This document shows positions 57,301-64,000 of a stretch of 64,000 nucleotides of DNA, one piece after another. Position 1 is the stretch's first letter. Each line of letters starts with the position of its first letter. The notes beneath the pieces are model-generated. The model searched no databases, was not told where the DNA came from, and saw only the letters and a list, made by a program, of their open reading frames with translations. This DNA comes from the human T2T-CHM13v2.0 reference genome, Homo sapiens: the NCBI RefSeq assembly GCF_009914755.1, contig NC_060925.1; one strand, 5' to 3'. Made by a program: the position numbers and the translations under genes.

Positions 57301-60300
57301 CGGAATCGAATGGAATCATCATCGGATGGAAATGAATGGAATCATCATCGAATGGAATCGAATAGAATTATGGAATGAAATCCAGTGTGATCATCATCGA
57401 ATGGACCCGAATGGAATCATCATCCAACGGAAACTAATGGAATCAACATCGAATGAATCGAATGGAAACACCATCGAATTGAAACGAATGGAATTATCAT
57501 GAAATTGAAATGGATGGACTCATCATCGAATGGATTCGAATGGAATCATCGAATAAAATTGATTGAAATCATCATCGAATGGAATCGAATGGTATCATTG
57601 AATGGAATCGAATGAAATCATCATCAGATGGAAATGAATGGAATCGTCATAGATTGGAATCGAATGGATTCATTGAATGGAATCAGATGGAATCATCGAA
57701 TGGACTGGAATGGAATCATTGAATGGACTCGAAAGGGATCATGATTGAATGGAATTGAATGGAATCATCGAATGGTCTCGATTGGAATCATTATCAAATG
57801 GAATCGAATGGAATCACCGAATAGAATCGAATGGAACAATCATCGAATGGACTCAAATGGAATTATCCTCAAATGGAATCGAATGGAATTATCGAATGCA
57901 ATCGAATGGAATTATCGAATGCAATCGAATAGAATCATCGAATGGACTCGAATGGAATCATCGAATGGAATGGAATGGAACAGTCAATGAACTCGAATGG
58001 AATCATCATTGAATGGAATCGAATGGAATCATCGAGTGGAATCGAATGGAATTATGATCAAATGCAATCGAATGTAATCCTCATCAAATGGAATCAAAAA
58101 TAACCATCATCAACTGGTATTGAATGGAATTCTCATCAAATGGAATTCAAAGGAATCATCATCGAATGGAATCGAATGGAATCATCGAATGGACTCGAAT
58201 GGAATAATCATTGAACGGAATCGAATGGAATCATCATCGGATGGAAACGAATGGAATCATCATCGAATGGAAATGAAAGGAGTCATCATCTAATGGAATT
58301 GCATGGAATCATCATAAAATGGAATCGAATGGAATCAACATCAAATCGAATCAAACGGAATCATTGAACAGAATTGAATGGAATCGTCATCGAATGAATT
58401 GACTGCAATCATCGAATGGTCTCGAATGGAATCATCTTCAAATGGAATGGAATGGAATCATCGCATAGAATCGAATGGAATTATCATCGAATGGAATCGA
58501 ATGGAATCAACATCAAACGGAAAAAAACGGAATTATCGAATGGAATCGAAGAGAATCATCGAATGGACCCGAATGGAATCATCTAATGGAATGGAATGGA
58601 ATAATCCATGGACTCGAATGCAATCATCATCGAATGGAATCGAATGGAATCATCGAATGAACTCGAATGGAACCATCATTGAATGGAATCGAATGGAATC
58701 ATCGAGTGGAATCGAATGGAATTATGATCAAATGGAATCGAATGTAATCATCATCAAATGGAATCAAAAATAACCATCATCAATTGGTATTGAATGGAAT
58801 TGTCATCAAATGGAATTCAAAGGAATCATCATCAAATGGAACCGAATGGAATCCTCATTGAATGGAAATGAAAGGGGTCATCATCTAATGGAATCGCATG
58901 GAATCATCATCAAATGGAATCGAATGGAATCATCATCAAATGGAATCTAATGGAATCATTGAACAGAATTGAATGGAATCGTCATCGAATGAATTGAATG
59001 CAATCATCGAATGGTCTCGAATGGAATCATCTTCTAATGGAAAGGAATGGAATCATCGCATAGAATCGAATGGAATTATCATCGAATGGAATCGAATGGT
59101 ATCAACACCAAACGGAAAAAAACGGAATTATCGAATGGAATCGAAGAGAATCTTCGAACGGACCCGAATGGAATCATCTAATGGAATGGAATGGAATAAT
59201 CCATGGACTCGAATGCAATCATCATCGAATGGAATCGAATGGAATCATCGAATGGACTCGAATGGAATAATCATTGAACGGAATCGAATGGAATCATCAT
59301 CGGATGGAAACGAATGGAATCATCATCGAATGGAAATGAAAGGAGTCATCATCTAATGGAATTGCATGGAATCATCATAAAATGGAATCGAATGGAATCA
59401 ACATCAAATGGAATCAAATGGAATCATTGAACGGAATTGAATGGAATCGTCATCGAATGAATTGACTGCAATCATCGAATGGTCTCGAATGGAATCATCT
59501 TCAAATGGAATGGAATGGAATCATCGCATAGAATCGAATGGAATTATCATCGAATGGAATGGAATGGAATCAACATCAAACGGAAAAAAACGGAATTATC
59601 GAATGGAATCGAAGAGAATCATCGAATGGACCCGAATGGAATCATCTAATGGAATGGAATGGAATAATCCATGGACTCGAATGCAATCATCATCCAATGG
59701 AATCGAATGGAATCATCGAATGGACTCGAATGGAATAATCATTGAACGGAATCGAATGGAATCATCATCGGATGGAAATGAATGGAATCATCATCGAATG
59801 GAATCGAATAGAATTATGGAATGAAATCCAGTGTGATCATCATCGAATGGACCCGAATGGAATCATCATCCAACGGAAGCTAATGGAATCAACATCGAAT
59901 GAATCGAATGGAAACACCATCGAATTGAAACGAATGGAATTATCATGAAATTGAAATGGATGGACTCATCATCGAATGGATTCGAATGGAATCATCGAAT
60001 AAAATTGATTGAAATCATCATCGAATGGAATCGAATGGTATCATTGAATGGAATCGAATGGAATCATCATCAGATGGAAATGAATGGAATCGTCATAGAA
60101 TGGAATCGAATGGATTCATTGAATGGAATCAGATGGAATCATCGAATGGACTGGAATGGAATCATTGAATGGACTTGAAAGGGATCATGATTGAATGGAA
60201 TTGAATGGAATCATCGAATGGTCTCGATTGGAATCATTATCAAATGGAATCGAATGGAATCACCGAATAGAATCGAATGGAACAATCATCGAATGGACTC

Positions 60301-63300
60301 AAATGGAATTATCCTCAAATGGAATCGAATGGAATTATCGAATGCAATCGAATGGAATTATCGAATGCAATCGAATAGAATCATCGAATGGACTCGAATG
60401 GAATCATCGAATGGAATGGAATGGAACAGTCAATGAACACGAATGGAATCATCATTGAATGGAATCGAATGGAATCATCGAGTGGAATCGAATGGAATTA
60501 TGATCAAATGGAATCGAATGTAATCATCATCAAATGGAATCAAAAATAACCATCATCAATTGGTATTGAATGGAATTGTCATCAAATGGAATTCAAAGGA
60601 ATCATCATCAAATGGAACCGAATGGAATCCTCATTGAATGGAAATGAAAGGGGTCATCATCTTATGGAATCGCATGGAATCATCATCAAATGGAATCGAA
60701 TGGAATCATCATCAAATGGAATCTAATGGAATCATTGAACAGAATTGAATGGAATCGTCATCGAATGAATTGAATGCAATCATCGAATGGTCTCGAATGG
60801 AATCATCTTCTAATGGAAAGGAATGGAATCATCGCATAGAATCGAATGGAATTATCATCGAATGGAATCGAATGGTATCAACACCAAACGGAAAAAAACG
60901 GAATTATCGAATGGAATCGAAGAGAATCTTCGAACGGACCCGAATGGAATCATCTAATGGAATGGAATGGAATAATCCATGGACTCGAATGCAATCATCA
61001 TCGAATGGAATCGAATGGAATCATCGAATGGACTCGAATGGAATAATCATTGAAAGGAATCGAATGGAATCATCATCGGATGGAAACGAATGGAATCATC
61101 ATCGAATGGAAATGAAAGGAGTCATCATCTAATGCAATTGCATGGAATCATCATCAAATGGAATCGAATGGAATCAACATCAAATGGAATCTAATGGAAT
61201 CATTGAACAGAATTGAATGGAATCGTCATCGAATGAATTGACTGCAATCATCGAATGGTCTCGAATGGAATCATCTTCAAATGGAATGGAATGGAATCAT
61301 CGCATAGAATCGAATGGAATTATCATCGAATGGAATCGAATGGAATCAACATCAAACGGAAAAAAACGGAATTATCGAATGGAATCGAAGAGAATCATCG
61401 AATGGACCCGAATGGAATCATCTAATGGAATGGAATGGAATAATCCATGGACTCGAATGCAATCATCATCGAATGGAATCGAATGGAATCATCGAGTGGA
61501 CTCGAATGGAATAATCATTGAACGGAATCGAATGGAATCATCATCGGATGGAAATGAATGGAATCATCATCGAATGGAATCGAATAGAATTATGGAATTA
61601 AATCCAGTGTGATCATCATCGAATGGACCCGAATGGAATCATCATCCAACGGAAGCTAATGGAATCAACATCGAATGAATCGAATGGAAACACCATCGAA
61701 TTGAAACGAATGGAATTATCATGAAATTGAAATGGATGGACTCATCATCGAATGGATTCGAATGGAATCATCGAATAAAATTGATTGAAATCATCATCGA
61801 ATGGAATCGAATGGTATCATTGAATGGAATCGAATGGAATCATCATCAGATGGAAATGAATGGAATCGTCATAGAATGGAATCGAATGGATTCATTGAAT
61901 GGAATCAGATGGAATCATCGAATGGACTGGAATGGAATCATTGAATGGACTCGAAAGGGATCATGATTGAATGGAATTGAATGGAATCATCGAATGGTCT
62001 CGATTGGAATCATTATCAAATGGAATCGAATGGAATCACCGAATAGAATCGAATGGAACAATCATCGAATGGACTCAAATGGAATTATCCTCAAATGGAA
62101 TCGAATGGAATTATCGAATGCAATCGAATGGAATTATCGAATGCAATCGAATAGAATCATCGAATGGACTCGAATGGAATCATCGAATGGAATGGAATGG
62201 AACAGTCAATGAACTCGAATGGAATCATCATTGAATGGAATCGAATGGAATCATCGAGTGGAATCGAATGGAATTATGATCAAATGCAATCGAATGTAAT
62301 CCTCATCAAATGGAATCAAAAATAACCATCATCAATTGGTATTGAATGGAATTGTCATCAAATGGAATTCAAAGGAATCATCATCAAATGGAACCGAATG
62401 GAATCCTCATTGAATGGAAATGAAAGGGGTCATCATCTAATGGAATCGCATGGAATCATCATCAAATGGAATCGAATGGAATCATCATCAAATGGAATCT
62501 AATGGAATCATTGAACAGAATTGAATGGAATCGTCATCGAATGAATTGAATGCAATCATCGAATGGTCTCGAATGGAATCATCTTCTAATGGAAAGGAAT
62601 GGAATCATCGCATAGAATCGAATGGAATTATCATCGAATGGAATCGAATGGTATCAACACCAAACGGAAAAAAACGGAATTATCGAATGGAATCGAAGAG
62701 AATCTTCGAACGGACCCGAATGGAATCATCTAATGGAATGGAATGGAATAATCCATGGACTCGAATGCAATCATCATCGAATGGAATCGAATGGAATCAT
62801 CGAATGGACTCGAATGGAATAATCATTGAACGGAATCGAATGGAATCATCATCGGATGGAAACGAATGGAATCATCATCGAATGGAAATGAAAGGAGTCA
62901 TCATCTAATGGAATTGCATGGAATCATCATAAAATGGAATCGAATGGAATCAACATCAAATGGAATCAAATGGAATCATTGAACGGAATTGAATGGAATC
63001 GTCATCGAATGAATTGACTGCAATCATCGAATGGTCTCGAATGGAATCATCTTCAAATGGAATGGAATGGAATCATCGCATAGAATCGAATGGAATTATC
63101 ATCGAATGGAATGGAATGGAATCAACATCAAACGGAAAAAAACGGAATTATCGAATGGAATCGAAGAGAATCATCGAATGGACCCGAATGGAATCATCTA
63201 ATGGAATGGAATGGAATAATCCATGGACTCGAATGCAATCATCATCCAATGGAATCGAATGGAATCATCGAATGGACTCGAATGGAATAATCATTGAACG

Positions 63301-64000
63301 GAATCGAATGGAATCATCATCGGATGGAAATGAATGGAATCATCATCGAATGGAATCGAATAGAATTATGGAATGAAATCCAGTGTGATCATCATCGAAT
63401 GGACCCGAATGGAATCATCATCCAACGGAAGCTAATGGAATCAACATCGAATGAATCGAATGGAAACACCATCGAATTGAAACGAATGGAATTATCATGA
63501 AATTGAAATGGATGGACTCATCATCGAATGGATTCGAATGGAATCATCAAATAAAATTGATTGAAATCATCATCGAATGGAATCGAATGGTATCATTGAA
63601 TGGAATCGAATGGAATCATCATCAGATGGAAATGAATGGAATCGTCATAGAATGGAATCGAATGGATTCATTGAATGGAATCAGATGGAATCATCGAATG
63701 GACTGGAATGGAATCATTGAATGGACTTGAAAGGGATCATGATTGAATGGAATTGAATGGAATCATCGAATGGTCTCGATTGGAATCATTATCAAATGGA
63801 ATCGAATGGAATCACCGAATAGAATCGAATGGAACAATCATCGAATGGACTCAAATGGAATTATCCTCAAATGGAATCGAATGGAATTATCGAATGCAAT
63901 CGAATGGAATTATCGAATGCAATCGAATAGAATCATCGAATGGACTCGAATGGAATCATCGAATGGAATGGAATGGAACAGTCAATGAACACGAATGGAA

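Larger units (their letters stand above)
1..64000 (+). repeat. Human Satellite 2 (HSATII/HSat2) pericentromeric array, GAATG strand on +; probably the 1.77-kb chr1q12-type subfamily
   Basis: Seen: continuous GAATGGAATCATCATCGAATGGAATC-like 23/26-bp monomers with abundant TCGA (reverse complement CATTCGATGATGATTCCATTC) and no unique sequence. Known: this CATTCGATTC-rich pattern defines HSat2, as opposed to purer (CATTC)n HSat3. Inference: the 1776-bp period with EcoRI sites points to 1q12. Confidence 0.97.

Noticed and set aside
40-63988. Numerous 60-163 aa + strand ORFs (MESSSNE..., MKLKWMD..., MELNGII...)
   Set aside because: They are translations of GAATG-derived repeats (MEWNG-like), overlap in several frames, and gain stops freely between copies (e.g. 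TTA/TGA at ~787, TAA at ~6854 and ~17394). No recognisable domain or sign of coding constraint. The lack of - strand ORFs follows from the frequent TCA (TGA on -).
1-64000. CRISPR-like or other prokaryotic repeat-spacer system
   Set aside because: No unique spacers and no cas or other genes; the intervening sequence is itself degenerate pentamer repeat.
1-64000. HSat3/DYZ1, alpha satellite or telomeric repeat
   Set aside because: Pure GGAAT runs are only about 3 copies long, ATCATCGAAT monomers dominate, and there is no 171-bp period, CENP-B box or TTAGGG. The 3.55-kb spacing is a dimer of 1776, not DYZ1.
1-64000. Inversion or strand switch
   Set aside because: No CATTC-rich stretch appears on the + strand; polarity is uniform throughout.

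Overview
The whole 64 kb is one uninterrupted tandem satellite array built from diverged (GGAAT/GAATG)n pentamers with frequent ATC/ATCATC and TCGA interruptions. This is Human Satellite 2 (HSATII/HSat2), purine-rich GAATG strand on +. The dominant period is 1776 bp, usually with one EcoRI site per unit, which matches the classical ~1.77-kb chromosome 1q12 Sat2 unit (pUC1.77/D1Z1, HSat2A-type); the chromosome assignment is inferred from that match. Each unit is a 468-bp subrepeat A followed by a 1308-bp segment made of a paralogous subrepeat B plus a unique tail. I count 33 full B+tail segments and 6 copies with a 713-bp deletion. I see no gene, RNA gene, transposon insertion or inversion, and all listed ORFs are by-products of the repeat. 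I found no new gene system. What is informative is the array's internal history: a ~22-kb structurally disordered, more diverged domain (~2.27-24.5 kb) between homogeneous sequence, a ~20.6-kb mosaic super-repeat, recurrent deletion units, register-shift conversions, substitution clusters at rearrangement junctions, and per-unit gain or loss of DUX4-type motifs. All alignments were done by eye using the ORF track offsets and should be confirmed computationally.
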